From contig CAWJSK010000018.1 in assembly GCA_963845535.1 (NCBI GenBank), positions 119,824 through 183,823 on the forward strand: a DNA stretch of 64,000 nucleotides. The letters run 5' to 3'. The position numbers and the translations under genes are program-made. This DNA comes from an uncultured Spirochaetota bacterium (lineage in GTDB: Bacteria; Spirochaetota; Spirochaetia; SZUA-6; Fen-1364). Positions within the stretch are counted from its first letter, which is position 1; the number at the start of each line of letters is the position of its first letter. The notes below the pieces were generated by a model. It ran no database searches. It worked only from the letters and a program-made list of their open reading frames with translations, and was not told the DNA's origin. Shown piece by piece: positions 39,911-50,890 of this stretch.

Positions 39911-40561
39911 CTACCTGTCCACCACGTTCCAGTCGATCGTGTAGCCGATGTCAGCGGCCACTTTTTCAACGTCTTCGTCCGTGTGATACAACATTGGCGC
40001 ATCCGCCACCTGGGGATTGTCCGCGCTTCCCGCCACTCGTACGCCCTTGTGGTGGCTTGCCGCCAGCTCCTTGAGAGGGCGCCCGTCAGCTCCCAGCACC
40101 TGCACCACGCCGTTGCAGGCGCACACGTACGTGCTCGAAGGGCTTTCCACTTTCACGAAGAAGCTCGTTCCGCGGACGCCTGCGACAACCGTGGGCGTTC
40201 GCACCAGGAAGCTCTCCCCGAAGGCTCCGGAGGGGAGAGCTTTCAGAACGAGAGTCAGCGCGCCCACCCTTAGCTCGCTTCCGGTCTGAAGGTTGCGGGG
40301 ATTGAAGACGAGAGTCGTGTTCTCCGACAGCCTCATGACGTTCCTCACGTTGAACTCGATGTCGGCAAGGGACTGCGCGGAGGTCACGACGACCGAGCCC
40401 AGCGGAACCGTGTCCCCAATTGCGGCCGGGCGCCCGTCAACGGTAACCGTCCCCTCCATGTACGTGATTGTGGGCACGCGTGGACCGGGCTGCCCGGCCT
40501 GCGCGAAACAGAGCGCCGCCACGGCAAGGAGAAAACTCGAGAGACCGATGATCCTTTTCAT
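39911..40561 (-). CDS. Exported FecR-domain protein
   Basis: Signal peptide, G-x-V-x-V/IGD pattern and the FecR motif VRTPTVVAGVRGT. Confidence 0.8.
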   Translation of the reverse strand: MKRIIGLSSFLLAVAALCFAQAGQPGPRVPTITYMEGTVTVDGRPAAIGDTVPLGSVVVTSAQSLADIEFNVRNVMRLSENTTLVFNPRNLQTGSELRVGALTLVLKALPSGAFGESFLVRTPTVVAGVRGTSFFVKVESPSSTYVCACNGVVQVLGADGRPLKELAASHHKGVRVAGSADNPQVADAPMLYHTDEDVEKVAADIGYTIDWNVVDR

Positions 40562-40601
40562 GATGTCACCCTCGCTCCGTCCCGTTATCCTGATCGTATT
40601 C

Positions 40602-41189
40602 CTATCGAAAAACAAGCTGCTCTATCCGAGCAATCGAGGACGGCAGGCCGAGGTCCGCGAAACCGACGGGCTTCAAGGGGTAGGCGACATGACCGGCCGG
40701 CACGCCTCCGGCGGCGTCTGTCGTGTTGCCGCTGCCGGAATAGTAGGACTGAAATCCCGTAATAGAGGGATCCGACACGGCAAATCCGGACGCGTCCACG
40801 GTTGCCGCGACATAGACGCGCCCGTTGACCGAAACGGAAAAGCCGAAGAGCTTGTCGGTGCTGAGGGCAATGAAAAACGGCTTTCCCATCCCCTTGGCCT
40901 CCGTAAACCAGCACGTCCCATCAACTGGCACGCCATTCCATCCCAAGGAGACGAAGTAGCCCTTGGAGGTGAACACGGTAACGCTTGCGGCGTCCGTCTC
41001 CGCGACGTTGCCCAGGACAGCGCCGTGGGCATCTTTCAGGAGCACTGACCTGTTGATCAATGGGGCCGCTTCGTTTCCCGCGCGCGGCAGGTTTTGTGAG
41101 CTCATGGAACACCCGGACACGAGCATGGTGACGGCTATCAGAACCACGCCCGAAATCGAGGACATGTCTGTCGGGCTCCGTGATCCCAT
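40602..41189 (-). CDS. Hypothetical lipoprotein
   Basis: Hydrophobic stretch ending in an LVSGC lipobox; no family recognised. Confidence 0.55.
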   Translation of the reverse strand: MGSRSPTDMSSISGVVLIAVTMLVSGCSMSSQNLPRAGNEAAPLINRSVLLKDAHGAVLGNVAETDAASVTVFTSKGYFVSLGWNGVPVDGTCWFTEAKGMGKPFFIALSTDKLFGFSVSVNGRVYVAATVDASGFAVSDPSITGFQSYYSGSGNTTDAAGGVPAGHVAYPLKPVGFADLGLPSSIARIEQLVFR

Positions 41190-41298
41190 GGCGCAAGCTT
41201 ACAGGGGAAGTCGGCGCGGCGAATATCATCCGGGAATGATTTTTCCCTTCGAATTTCTGTACACAGGAGAGTCAAAAAAAAACGACACCCTTGGTCGG

Positions 41299-43209
41299 TT
41301 ATCCCCTGTCCAGGACTTCGCGGAGTCGGGAAAGCAACGCCGCGCCGTCGAACGGCTTTCGGATCAGGTCCACGGGCCGCCCCTCGAATGGAGGCGCCGG
41401 AATGGATTCTTCTGCATAGCCGCTCATGAAGAGCACACGCGTTGCAGGCTTGGCGCGCAGTATGCGCTGGGCAAGCTCATAGCCGCTCATGCGCGGCATG
41501 ACCACGTCAGTGACCAGGACGTCGAAGGCGCGGTCTGCGCGTGAAAGCACGTCCAGGGCCGAAGCGGCGTCGCGGGCAGCCACGACCGTGTACCCGCTCT
41601 TCTCGAGAGTGGAGCGGACGAACCCTCGGACCACTTCCTCGTCTTCAACCAGGAGCACCGTCTCATTCCCGGAATCCCTGGCTTTCCCCTGCGCCTCCGC
41701 GCTCGTCTCCTGGCCCTTGTCGAACACCCGGGGGAAGTAGATGACGAATGAGGTCCCCTCGCGTGGCGCGCTCGTGCAGTAGATGTATGCGTTGCTCTGC
41801 TTCACGATCCCGTAGACGGTGGACAGTCCGAGGCCTGTGCCCTTGCCGGGCTCCTTTGTGGTGAAGAATGGCTCGAAGATCCGCGCAAGCGTGGCCGAAT
41901 CCATTCCGGTTCCGGTATCCGCCACCGAAAGCTCCACGTAATCCCCCGGCTTCACCTCCGGATGCTCGCGCCGCATGTCCTCCCCGATCTCGCAGTTCCG
42001 CGTTGCAATGGTGAGCTGTCCGCCCCGGGGCATGGCGTCGCGGGCGTTGACGGACAGGTTCATGATCACCTGCTCCAGTTGCCCAAGGTCGGCCTTGATG
42101 CTTCCCGTCTCGTCATCCAGGCGCAGGGACAGCTCGATGTCCTCCCCGAGGACTCGGGGAAGCATGTTGCGCATGGCAAGGACCACGTCGTTGAGCCTCA
42201 TGAAGCGGGGCTGCAGGATCTGTTTTCTTCCGAAAGCCAAAAGCTGCGCGGTGAGCCGCGCAGCCCTCTGTGAGGCGCCCCTGATTTCCGCAATTTCCGC
42301 TTTCGAAGGGTCACTGTCATGCAGGCGAGCGTCGATCAGCTCCGCGAATCCCTTGATGACCGTCAGGAGGTTGTTGAAGTCATGGGCGATCCCTCCCGCA
42401 AGCCTGCCAATGGCCTCCATTTTCAGCCCCTGCTGGAGCTGCTCCTGGCTTCGGCGGAGGGCTTCCTTGGTCTCCCGGGACTCCGTGAAGTCCCTGCCAA
42501 TTCCGACCAGCCCGATCACGCGCCCCGCCTCATCGATGATGGGGACTTTCGTGGTCATGACCCATCGCAGGGCCCCGGATGCGGACCTGTTGCAGCACTC
42601 CTCATTGATGATGGTTTTTCCTTCTTCCAGCACCATGCGGTCGTCCGCGGCAAACTGCGCGGCGACCTCCGGCGGGTAGAAGTCCGAGTCCTTCTTTCCC
42701 ACCAGGGCATCAGGGATGGCCGCGCCCATGAACTCCGCCACCGCGCGGTTGGCCAGGATGAAGCGATCGTCCCGGTCCCGAAGGTAGATGTGGTCCGGGA
42801 GGTTGTTGATGAGCGTGAGCAGGCGGTTTCGTTCCCGCTGGAGGCGTTCCTCGCTGCCATGCAGCGCCCGCGCGGCCTCCTCCCGCGCCGAGACGTCCCG
42901 GTAGGTCGCCACGTGGGCATTCCTGCCCCTCCACCGGCCGTACATCGTGGTGATTTCCAGGTCCACCGTGGCGCCGTCCTTGCGTCGGTAGCGGCGCAGC
43001 GGGATGTCGACGGCTCGTTCAGCGAACGCTTTCAGGGACGCGCCCAGCTCGTCCGAGAGGTCCGCCAGGGGCATGCCGATCAGCTCCTCCCGCGTATAGC
43101 CGACGAGCCTGGTCGCCGCGGCGTTGGCTTCCAGCACACGGACCGTCTCATCATCCGTGACGAGAACAGCGTCTGCAATGAGGTCGAGGATGTCACTTTC
43201 TAAGCTCAA
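41299..43209 (-). CDS. Hybrid PAS-PAS histidine kinase/response regulator
   Basis: [28 protein letters not shown] and REC TDVVMP. The TTG start at 43209 is inferred; the ORF is open to 43341. Confidence 0.9.
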   Translation of the reverse strand: MSLESDILDLIADAVLVTDDETVRVLEANAAATRLVGYTREELIGMPLADLSDELGASLKAFAERAVDIPLRRYRRKDGATVDLEITTMYGRWRGRNAHVATYRDVSAREEAARALHGSEERLQRERNRLLTLINNLPDHIYLRDRDDRFILANRAVAEFMGAAIPDALVGKKDSDFYPPEVAAQFAADDRMVLEEGKTIINEECCNRSASGALRWVMTTKVPIIDEAGRVIGLVGIGRDFTESRETKEALRRSQEQLQQGLKMEAIGRLAGGIAHDFNNLLTVIKGFAELIDARLHDSDPSKAEIAEIRGASQRAARLTAQLLAFGRKQILQPRFMRLNDVVLAMRNMLPRVLGEDIELSLRLDDETGSIKADLGQLEQVIMNLSVNARDAMPRGGQLTIATRNCEIGEDMRREHPEVKPGDYVELSVADTGTGMDSATLARIFEPFFTTKEPGKGTGLGLSTVYGIVKQSNAYIYCTSAPREGTSFVIYFPRVFDKGQETSAEAQGKARDSGNETVLLVEDEEVVRGFVRSTLEKSGYTVVAARDAASALDVLSRADRAFDVLVTDVVMPRMSGYELAQRILRAKPATRVLFMSGYAEESIPAPPFEGRPVDLIRKPFDGAALLSRLREVLDRG

Positions 43210-43275
43210 TAGGCGTCCCTGCTCCCTTGTGTACCCGAGCAGAGAGGCGGAGTCAACCCAAGGGCGGGGCACGCT

Positions 43276-43329
43276 GGGCCACGCGGGCCACGGCAGGCGC
43301 CGGCGGGCCACGCGGGTCACGGCAGGCGC
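43276..43329. repeat. 25-bp direct repeat x2 (29-nt period), intergenic
   Basis: gggccacgcggg[c/t]cacggcaggcgc at 43276 and 43305. Confidence 0.7.
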
Positions 43330-43342
43330 GCCGTCTGTCACC

Positions 43343-43921
43343 TCAGCGGATCAGGGCGAACCCAATGTCCGGACCCATCCCCAGAGCGTAGCCGAGCTGG
43401 ATCTGCAGGTAGCCCATGGCCTCCAGCCAGCGGGCGTTGACCAGTGGGCCGGCATCAACGGCATCGAAGCCGATGTCGCGGGAGAGCTCGAGCACCTGTG
43501 CCTTGGCGGCCTGATCGTTTCCGGCCGCAAAACAGGTAATGATTTTTCCTTTCACTTTTCCCGTGCTCATATTCTGGGCAAACACCGTGTTCAGCGCCTT
43601 GACGACCTTTGCCGACGGGGCCTTCTTTTGAAGCTGCTCCGCGCCGCTCGTGGTGAAGCCAAGCGCCAGCTCCATCTTCGGACCGATTGCATTCGTGACG
43701 TCAACCACCGTCTTGCCGTCCACGGCGCCGCCCATCTCGGCGATTGCCGCGTCCAGGGCGCCGTACGGCACCGCCAGGATGAGGATGTCACCCCACTGGG
43801 CGGTTTCCCGCACGCCGGCCCCCTTTCCCGTCATGCGCGTCTGGTAGCCCGCCTTCTTCAGGCCCTCGTTCAGCGCGCCGCCCACGTGTCCCTTGCCGAT
43901 AATTGCGATTTTCCCCTTCAT
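43343..43921 (-). CDS. NADP oxidoreductase, F420_oxidored family (dinucleotide-binding)
   Basis: IAIIGKGHVG, ILAVPY, VVDVTN, SGAE, VVKALNT and DAGPL motifs. Confidence 0.88.
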   Translation of the reverse strand: MKGKIAIIGKGHVGGALNEGLKKAGYQTRMTGKGAGVRETAQWGDILILAVPYGALDAAIAEMGGAVDGKTVVDVTNAIGPKMELALGFTTSGAEQLQKKAPSAKVVKALNTVFAQNMSTGKVKGKIITCFAAGNDQAAKAQVLELSRDIGFDAVDAGPLVNARWLEAMGYLQIQLGYALGMGPDIGFALIR

Positions 43922-44032
43922 GGGCCTAATGTAAGAAATCTTCCCGCCAAAAACAAAACAAAGGTCGCGCGAAGCGCGATATCCGGTAGACATGTCTTTC
44001 CGGATCAAACGATGGCGGTGCCGGTCTCTGCC

Positions 44033-47000
44033 TCACCAGCCTGATTCGAGCACGAACCCCCATGAGCCGCCGATGTTCTGGCGTTCAAACGGCCAGGCCC
44101 AGTAGATCTGTACCACGAAGGCGCCCAGCAGGTTGACCCGCACGGCCGCCCCGGCGCTGAACACCGGAATGCGGGCGTATTGGTCCTGCGATATCTCCAA
44201 CGTCGGGTAGTCGGTCTCCGTCCACGCCATCCCGCCATCGAAGAATCCCACCAGCTCCGTTGCCAGGTACGGGAAATTGAGGAGCCCGAACTGCTCATTG
44301 CCAAGCACCGGAATGCGAACCTCCAGGTTGACAACGGCAAGCTTGGATCCGAACAGGCGGTTGAGCTGGGGGATGTTCCCTGACACCCCCGCCCCTTCGT
44401 TGGAAATGATGGAGTAATACTCGTAGCCGCGCACGAGGTCCGGCTCTCCCAGGTAGAACTGCGTGAGAGTCAGGTTGTCAGCGCCGCCAAAGTACCTGCC
44501 GACGGAGAGCGCGCGAAACGCGATGGTGATCGGGTTCAGGAAGAGATACTCGCGCAAGTCACCGAGGGCCGTGACGAAGTACGTTGTCCCTGCGTCGCCG
44601 TCCAGCTCGAAGCGATATCGCGAGCCCCGGATAGGGCTCGTGAAGCCGAAAAATGAATAGTCCCCCACGTATGCCAGTCCCGCGTGCGCCAGGTTCAACG
44701 GAGGGGGAGCGGCGACGGAGATCTGGTCCGTCTCCACAAGGACGCCGTTCTGGTAATAGTAGACGGGGGCCGTTCCCTCCCACCAATACAGCGTATAGCC
44801 GACGCTCGCCTCCCATCGGCGGTTGACGGTGACAGGATACTGTGCAAGGAGGTCCGCTTCTTCCTGGAAGATCACCTGCTGCTGGATCCCCGTGTCAGCG
44901 CCGGAGGGGAAAGGGCCGGTGAGAGAGGTGAAGAACTGCTGCGGGATGTGGGCCACTTCCACGCCCCAGTTGATGCGGTTGCTCCTGTCCAGGTAATCGA
45001 ATTGGGCGCCGATGGAATCCAGGGACCCCGACGCTTGAATTGCCGAATCGAACTCGTCATTGCCGAGCACGTCGGCGAAGGAAAACGCAGCCGCCCCGCC
45101 GATGCTCGTGCCGAACGGGCTTACGCCCAGGCCGACGCCGACTTGACTGATGGCGAGGAGCGAGAACGCCGGAGAATAGCGCGTGAGGGAGGTGTTCGGG
45201 AGGCTCGGCACGGGCTCCCTCTGCCCGGCCGTTATGTCCACCGGCAGCGTGGGAGCGTTGAGGGCGTCCGCGAGCGCCACAGGCTGGCCCTGCGCCTGGT
45301 CCAAGGCCAGCGCGTGGACTTCGTACTTCCTGTTGTTGAAGACGGTCATGACCAGCTCGCCTGAGGTTTTTGCCATCGAAAGGCAGGGGGAAAGAACCGT
45401 CAGGCCGCTGATGCCGGTGGCGACACGGGTCACCCGGAAGAACTGTTGGGACGCCAGGTCGTATCGGTACAGGTCGCTATAGCCGTCGGTATCAGCAATG
45501 AAGTACAGGCTTTTTCCGTCCGGCGTGAACAGGGGGTTGATGTGCTTGGCCCCATCCATGACCGAGATGATCCGCGTCTGCCTGCTTTCCATGTCGAGGA
45601 GCCCGATGTTCATGGACTGGAACGTGAGAGTGGCCAGGTCCGTGTGAGCCCCCTCGTCCGTGGCGAACGCAAGGGTCTTCCCGTCAGGGGACCAGGCGGG
45701 TTGAAGCTTCGTGTGCCAGCCGGTGGTGAGGCGCTCGAGCGCGCCGTTCGACGGATCCAGAAGGTAGATGTCCCGCAAGGCTTCCCGGGTGGCCGAAAGC
45801 GCGATCTTCGAGCCGTCGGGAGACCATGCCAATCCGGCAGCCCCCTTCACTCCGACAAGCGGGATGATTTTCCTGATCCTGCCGGAGGGCACCTCGACAA
45901 TCACGACGCCATTCTGCCCGCCCCGCTCCACGACGAAGGCGAAAGATCGGGAATCCGGCGACCACGTCCCCGCGGAGTCGATGAAGTTGAGGACGTCGTA
46001 ACGGGCGTCGTTATCCGACCCGGCGAGATTCTTGAGGACCTTTCCCGTCTGTGCGTCCGCGAGGTAGAGGTCCAGGCCAAACAGGCTTCGCAGGGAGAAG
46101 ACCGCGATGTATTTCCCGTCCGGACTGATGACAGGGCTCAGGTTCAGACCGCTGTCCAGACCCGGCAGGACGCGCCCCACGTCCCGGGGAAGAGAGCGGC
46201 CCGCGACCTTTGGCGAATACGTGATGGCGAAGTCCCCCTTCCACCGGGCGGAGAAGTCCCCCATCGTTTTCACGCCGAGGGCTGACTCCACGGCCTTGGG
46301 GATTCCCTTTTCCACGGCGTCGTTGAAGAACTCGCGGATGCCCGTCTTTCCCCATCCGCGGTCGATCCAGTACCACACGGCGTCCCCAAAGCGATAGGGG
46401 AAGTACTTGTTCTGCTTCGAGGAGAGGTCATCGATGCTCGGGATGTCCTTGTTGAGGTACGCGTCGCGCATCCACATGTCCGTCAGCGGGTCATCCGGGC
46501 CGAGGGAGAGATACTCTGCCTGGCCCTCGATGAACCACAGGGGAAGCTGCTGCGACAGACCCGCGAAAGCGCCGAGCGGGCTCATCTTCTCGAATTGGAA
46601 TGCATGGACAAGCTCGTGAGCCAGCACGTGCGCGTTTTCGCTGTACGTGCCCGTGAGCGGAAGAACCACACGGTGCATGAGCCCTTCGGTCACGCCGCCT
46701 TCTCCCTGTGAGACGATCCCGGGAATGACGTTGGTCTGCTCGAAGTCGATGAAGCTGTCATACAGGATCACTTTCTGCAGGCCCTTGATCCCGTAGCCGA
46801 AGACGTCCGCGTGATGGGCATAGGCCGCCTCCAGGATACGGGCCGCGTCCATGACCGCCGGGGCGCCCTCGGGGTAGTGGTAGATCTGAAAATGCTCAGT
46901 CTTCAGGACCGAAAAGTCGATTGCCCCGTACTGCACCTTGTTCCGCTCGAAGTACTGGCCCCAGAGAAGGGCGGGAAAGCCTGCCAGGAGCCCAGCGAAC

Positions 47001-47047
47001 AGAACAAGCTTCAGCGGAGACGGAACCCCACGCCTCACTTCAGTCAT
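44033..47047 (-). CDS. Outer-membrane protein: gluzincin peptidase-like domain + PD40/TolB propeller + Omp85/BamA-type barrel
   Basis: Signal peptide, AHELVH...WFIEGQAEY, multiple WSPDG repeats, VRGY motif, FFDGG and an aromatic C-terminus (ESGW). Confidence 0.8.
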   Translation of the reverse strand: MTEVRRGVPSPLKLVLFAGLLAGFPALLWGQYFERNKVQYGAIDFSVLKTEHFQIYHYPEGAPAVMDAARILEAAYAHHADVFGYGIKGLQKVILYDSFIDFEQTNVIPGIVSQGEGGVTEGLMHRVVLPLTGTYSENAHVLAHELVHAFQFEKMSPLGAFAGLSQQLPLWFIEGQAEYLSLGPDDPLTDMWMRDAYLNKDIPSIDDLSSKQNKYFPYRFGDAVWYWIDRGWGKTGIREFFNDAVEKGIPKAVESALGVKTMGDFSARWKGDFAITYSPKVAGRSLPRDVGRVLPGLDSGLNLSPVISPDGKYIAVFSLRSLFGLDLYLADAQTGKVLKNLAGSDNDARYDVLNFIDSAGTWSPDSRSFAFVVERGGQNGVVIVEVPSGRIRKIIPLVGVKGAAGLAWSPDGSKIALSATREALRDIYLLDPSNGALERLTTGWHTKLQPAWSPDGKTLAFATDEGAHTDLATLTFQSMNIGLLDMESRQTRIISVMDGAKHINPLFTPDGKSLYFIADTDGYSDLYRYDLASQQFFRVTRVATGISGLTVLSPCLSMAKTSGELVMTVFNNRKYEVHALALDQAQGQPVALADALNAPTLPVDITAGQREPVPSLPNTSLTRYSPAFSLLAISQVGVGLGVSPFGTSIGGAAAFSFADVLGNDEFDSAIQASGSLDSIGAQFDYLDRSNRINWGVEVAHIPQQFFTSLTGPFPSGADTGIQQQVIFQEEADLLAQYPVTVNRRWEASVGYTLYWWEGTAPVYYYQNGVLVETDQISVAAPPPLNLAHAGLAYVGDYSFFGFTSPIRGSRYRFELDGDAGTTYFVTALGDLREYLFLNPITIAFRALSVGRYFGGADNLTLTQFYLGEPDLVRGYEYYSIISNEGAGVSGNIPQLNRLFGSKLAVVNLEVRIPVLGNEQFGLLNFPYLATELVGFFDGGMAWTETDYPTLEISQDQYARIPVFSAGAAVRVNLLGAFVVQIYWAWPFERQNIGGSWGFVLESGW

Positions 47048-47159
47048 ATACGTCAAGTATCAAGACGGGGATGCGCCACCGTCAAGACACCGTGAAGCGA
47101 CGGCTTGGTCAATCCTCATCGTTTATGTACTATTTATCCTGCATCTGACAGGAGGATGT

Positions 47160-48209
47160 GTGCCGACACAGAGCAGCGCGATGTCCGTAGAACGCATCAG
47201 GGAAGCCTTGAGCACGGTCCAGGATCCGGACCTTCACAAGGACCTGATCACCCTTGACTTCATCCGCGACATCCGCATCACGGGCAAGGACGTAAGCTTT
47301 ACAATCCAGCTGACCACGCCCGCCTGCCCGCTCAAGGACAAGCTGAGAGAGGACAGCGAGAACGCCATCCGGAGCTTCATCCCGGACGTCGGCAAGATCC
47401 AGATCGGTTTCGATGCGCGCATGCGCGCCGACCGCCGGATCATGGAAAAGATCAAGCTCCCCATCAAAGCGATCATTGCGGTGGGAAGCGGCAAGGGCGG
47501 CGTGGGCAAGTCCACGGTGGCCGTCAACATTGCCGTGGCGCTGGCGCAGTCCGGCGCCGCGGTGGGCCTCCTGGATGCCGACATCTATGGACCGAACATC
47601 CCCACGCTGATGGGCGTGCAGCAGCTCCCTCCGCCGTTGAAGGAGAAGATCGTGCCCGCGCGTGCTCACGGGGTCCTCCTCATGAGCATGGGATTTCTCG
47701 TCTCTGAAACCGAAGCTCTTGTGTGGAGAGGGCCCATGATCCACGGGGCTCTCCAGCAGCTTTTCACCGAAGTGGTCTGGGGCGAGCTTGACTACCTCAT
47801 TGTCGATCTTCCGCCCGGCACGGGAGACGCCCAGCTCAGCGTGGCGCAGCTTGTTCCGCTGACCGGCGGGGTGGTGGTCACGACGCCGCAGCTCCTGGCC
47901 GTGAGCGACGCCCGCAGGGGCGTTACCGCCTTCAAGAAGTTGAACGTGCCCGTCCTGGGGATCGTGGAAAACATGGCGGGGGAGGTGTTCGGTGAGGGTG
48001 GAGGAGAGAAGGCGGCAGAAGAGATGCAGGTCCCGTTCCTGGGGCGCATCCCCATGGACCCGATGGTCACCCGCATGGGGGACGCCGGGACTCCGCCCGT
48101 AACGCTGGAGGGCTCCGGCGGCTCGGCCGGAGCGCTGCGTTCCCTCGCCCGGGCCGTTGCCGCGCGCGTCAGCGTCATGCAGTTCGAGAACGACGGCAAC
48201 GGAAAGTGA
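47160..48209 (+). CDS. mrp: Mrp/ApbC (NBP35) Fe-S carrier ATPase with an N-terminal DUF59
   Basis: V-x-[38 protein letters not shown] and ENM motifs. Confidence 0.92.
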   Translation: MPTQSSAMSVERIREALSTVQDPDLHKDLITLDFIRDIRITGKDVSFTIQLTTPACPLKDKLREDSENAIRSFIPDVGKIQIGFDARMRADRRIMEKIKLPIKAIIAVGSGKGGVGKSTVAVNIAVALAQSGAAVGLLDADIYGPNIPTLMGVQQLPPPLKEKIVPARAHGVLLMSMGFLVSETEALVWRGPMIHGALQQLFTEVVWGELDYLIVDLPPGTGDAQLSVAQLVPLTGGVVVTTPQLLAVSDARRGVTAFKKLNVPVLGIVENMAGEVFGEGGGEKAAEEMQVPFLGRIPMDPMVTRMGDAGTPPVTLEGSGGSAGALRSLARAVAARVSVMQFENDGNGK

Positions 48210-49150
48210 GTGAGAGGATGTCAGACCAGGCAGTGCAGCACAGAAAGCCCGAGTGGCTGAAGATCCGCCTTAATACCACGGACAACTACCATTTCCTGAA
48301 GAAGCTGATGCGCACTGAGGCGCTGCACACGGTGTGTGAGGAAGCGCGTTGCCCCAACCTGCAGGAATGCTGGGGAACGTTACGCACGGCGAGCTTCATG
48401 ATCCTCGGGGATACGTGCACGCGGCGATGCCGGTTCTGTGCGGTCAACACCGGCCTCCCGGGCGCCGTAGACAAGCTCGAACCGCTGCGCGTGGCGGGCG
48501 CAGTGGAGCACATGAAGCTGCGGCACGTCCACATAACCATGGTGAACCGGGACGACTTGTCCGACGGCGGGGCCTCCGTCATGGCGGCCACGGTCAGGGC
48601 CATCCGTTGGAAGTCGCCGCAGTGTTCCATCGAGGTGCTTACCTCGGACTTCATGGGCTCGGAGGACGCCATCCGCGTCGTTGTGGAAAGCGGCCCTGAC
48701 ATCATCAGCCACAACGTGGAGACGGTGCGCCGGCTGACCCCAAGGGTGAGGTCGCGCTCCAGCTACGATCGGTCTCTCGAGTTCCTGCGCATCTCGCGAG
48801 GGCTTGCCCCCACGATGGTGACCAAATCCAGCATCATGCTGGGGTTGGGTGAGACGGCGGAAGAAGTCGAGCAGACGCTGGCTGACCTGCGCGCGGCGGA
48901 CGTGGACGTGGTGAACATCGGCCAGTACCTCCAACCGACGCGCAACCATATCCCCGTGCGCCGCTTCTGGACTCCGCAGGAGTTCCAGCGCTTCAAGGAC
49001 ATCGCAATGGAAAAGGGCTTCCTCTATTGCGAGGCGGGACCGTTCGTGCGCTCCTCCTACCACGCGGATGCGCAGTTCCACGGCTTCCAGCGGCACATTG
49101 CGCAGTTGCGCGAGGCAAAGGCGGCCGCCGTTCCCCCCGTTTCCCGCTGA
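48206..49150 (+). CDS. lipA: Lipoyl synthase
   Basis: [22 protein letters not shown] and RSSY motifs. Confidence 0.97.
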   Translation: MSERMSDQAVQHRKPEWLKIRLNTTDNYHFLKKLMRTEALHTVCEEARCPNLQECWGTLRTASFMILGDTCTRRCRFCAVNTGLPGAVDKLEPLRVAGAVEHMKLRHVHITMVNRDDLSDGGASVMAATVRAIRWKSPQCSIEVLTSDFMGSEDAIRVVVESGPDIISHNVETVRRLTPRVRSRSSYDRSLEFLRISRGLAPTMVTKSSIMLGLGETAEEVEQTLADLRAADVDVVNIGQYLQPTRNHIPVRRFWTPQEFQRFKDIAMEKGFLYCEAGPFVRSSYHADAQFHGFQRHIAQLREAKAAAVPPVSR

Positions 49151-49157
49151 TTGAAAA

Positions 49158-49850
49158 TTGATTGAAACCGCGTTCCGAACGCAATCCGTCAGGGCCAGCG
49201 CGCATCGGGTGTTGGAAAACCGCACGCTCTCAGGTTCCGCCTTTGTTCTGCGGCTGGAACGCAATGAGCTGGCGTTTCGACCCGGCCAATGGATCAACGT
49301 GGGCCGCGCGGGAAGTCTCCAGCGCAGGGAGTATACAATCTACTCTCCGCCCTCCGAGGACTTTCTGGAAGTGCTGGTCAAGGAAGTGGAGGGAGGAACG
49401 GTTTCCCGGGACCTGCGCCGTTGCCAGGCCGGCGACATGCTCGACGTGGATGGTCCGCACGGTTCCTTTTGCATCCAACCAGAGACTGCTTCCGGGAAGT
49501 TCCTTTTCATTGCCACGGGCACCGGCGTCTCCCCTTTTCACTGCCTCACCTTGAGCTACCCGGACCTCGATTATCAGCTTCTGCACGGCGCGCGGACTCC
49601 GCTCGAGCTCTATGATCACGAGGCTTTCGAGAGCGGGCGGATTGTTGCGTGCATCAGCGGGTCCGAGCGCGGCGCGGGAGGGGCGCGTTTTCACGCGGGG
49701 CGGGTCACATCATATCTGAGAGAGAATCCGGTAGAACCGACTCGCTTCTGCTACCTCTGCGGGAACAGCGACATGATCTACGAGTGCTACGCCATCCTTC
49801 GCGCGTACGGCGTGCCTCCCGCTCGCATCTTTGCCGAAGTGTACTTTTAG
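49158..49850 (+). CDS. Ferredoxin-NADP reductase-like FAD/NAD(P) oxidoreductase
   Basis: FRPGQW, REYT, GGTVS, GPHG-x-F, ATGTGVSPF, YLCGN and a C-terminal EVYF. Confidence 0.88.
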   Translation: MIETAFRTQSVRASAHRVLENRTLSGSAFVLRLERNELAFRPGQWINVGRAGSLQRREYTIYSPPSEDFLEVLVKEVEGGTVSRDLRRCQAGDMLDVDGPHGSFCIQPETASGKFLFIATGTGVSPFHCLTLSYPDLDYQLLHGARTPLELYDHEAFESGRIVACISGSERGAGGARFHAGRVTSYLRENPVEPTRFCYLCGNSDMIYECYAILRAYGVPPARIFAEVYF

Positions 49851-49891
49851 GGGTTGTTGTTCCCTCGAAGGGCGGCGCGTATAGTTGAGGG

Positions 49892-50890
49892 ATGGAGCTG
49901 TCCCCTTCCATCCGGGTCAAGGACTTGCGCAAGTCCTTCCTTGTAACCGAACGCGAATCCGGAGTCGGCTCCGCCCTTGCCAGCCTGTTCCGCAGGCGCA
50001 AGGAAGAGGTTTCCGCGGTTGGCGGGATTTCCTTCACGCTCCAGCCGGGGGAGATCGTCGGGTTCCTCGGCCCCAACGGCGCCGGGAAGACCACGACCTT
50101 GAAGATGCTCTCCGGTCTCCTGCACCCCACGGGCGGTGAAGTCTCGGTGCTTGGCCATGTGCCGTGGAAGCGCGAGAAAGCTTTCCTCAGGCAGATCACG
50201 CTCGTCATGGGTCAGCGGAACCAGCTCGTGTGGGACATCCCGGCCGCGGACTCTTTCGAGCTCAACCGCGCCATCTACCGGATCCCCGCGGCGGACTATA
50301 GAAGCACCGTCGAGGAGCTCACTGAGCTTCTGGAGCTAGGGCCGCTGCTTCGAAGACCGGTGCGCAACCTCTCCCTGGGGGAGCGCATGAAATGCGAGCT
50401 GGCGGCAGCTCTTCTTCATCGCCCCAAAGTCGTGTTCTTGGACGAGCCCACCATCGGCCTTGATGTGACCATGCAAAGGCGCATCAGGGCTTTTCTTGCC
50501 CGGTACAACCAGCGCTTCGGGGCCACGGTCCTTCTCACGAGCCATTACATGGCGGACGTGGAAGCCCTGTGCCGCAGAGTGGTCGTCATTCACCACGGAA
50601 GGCTGCTGTTCGACGGGGAGCTGGCGGCCCTTGTGGGGCAGTTTACCGCGCACAAGACCATCGTCGTGAAGCTCGAAGACGGAGAGGCGGACGGCGTGCT
50701 CGAGCGCTTGGGGAGTTACGGCGAGGTGATCTCCCGCGAGGACGGGGTCGTCACCCTGCGCGTGCCCCGTGAGGATACGCCGCGGGTCACGGGGCGGATC
50801 CTGGCGGACCTTCCCGTGATCGACCTGACCGTGGAAGACCCGCCCATCGAGGAAGTCATCGAACGCGTGTTTGCCGGTGAGGGCTCCTGA
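49892..50890 (+). CDS. ABC-2 exporter ATP-binding subunit
   Basis: GPNGAGKTT, LSLGERM, FLDEPTIGLD and TSH motifs. Confidence 0.95.
   Translation: MELSPSIRVKDLRKSFLVTERESGVGSALASLFRRRKEEVSAVGGISFTLQPGEIVGFLGPNGAGKTTTLKMLSGLLHPTGGEVSVLGHVPWKREKAFLRQITLVMGQRNQLVWDIPAADSFELNRAIYRIPAADYRSTVEELTELLELGPLLRRPVRNLSLGERMKCELAAALLHRPKVVFLDEPTIGLDVTMQRRIRAFLARYNQRFGATVLLTSHYMADVEALCRRVVVIHHGRLLFDGELAALVGQFTAHKTIVVKLEDGEADGVLERLGSYGEVISREDGVVTLRVPREDTPRVTGRILADLPVIDLTVEDPPIEEVIERVFAGEGS

Noticed and set aside
43276..43329. Direct repeats as a mini-CRISPR
   Set aside because: Only two copies with a 4-nt spacer, and no cas genes.
43343..43921. Evidence for coenzyme F420 metabolism
   Set aside because: This Rossmann family is widespread in organisms without F420, and no F420 biosynthesis genes are present in the window.
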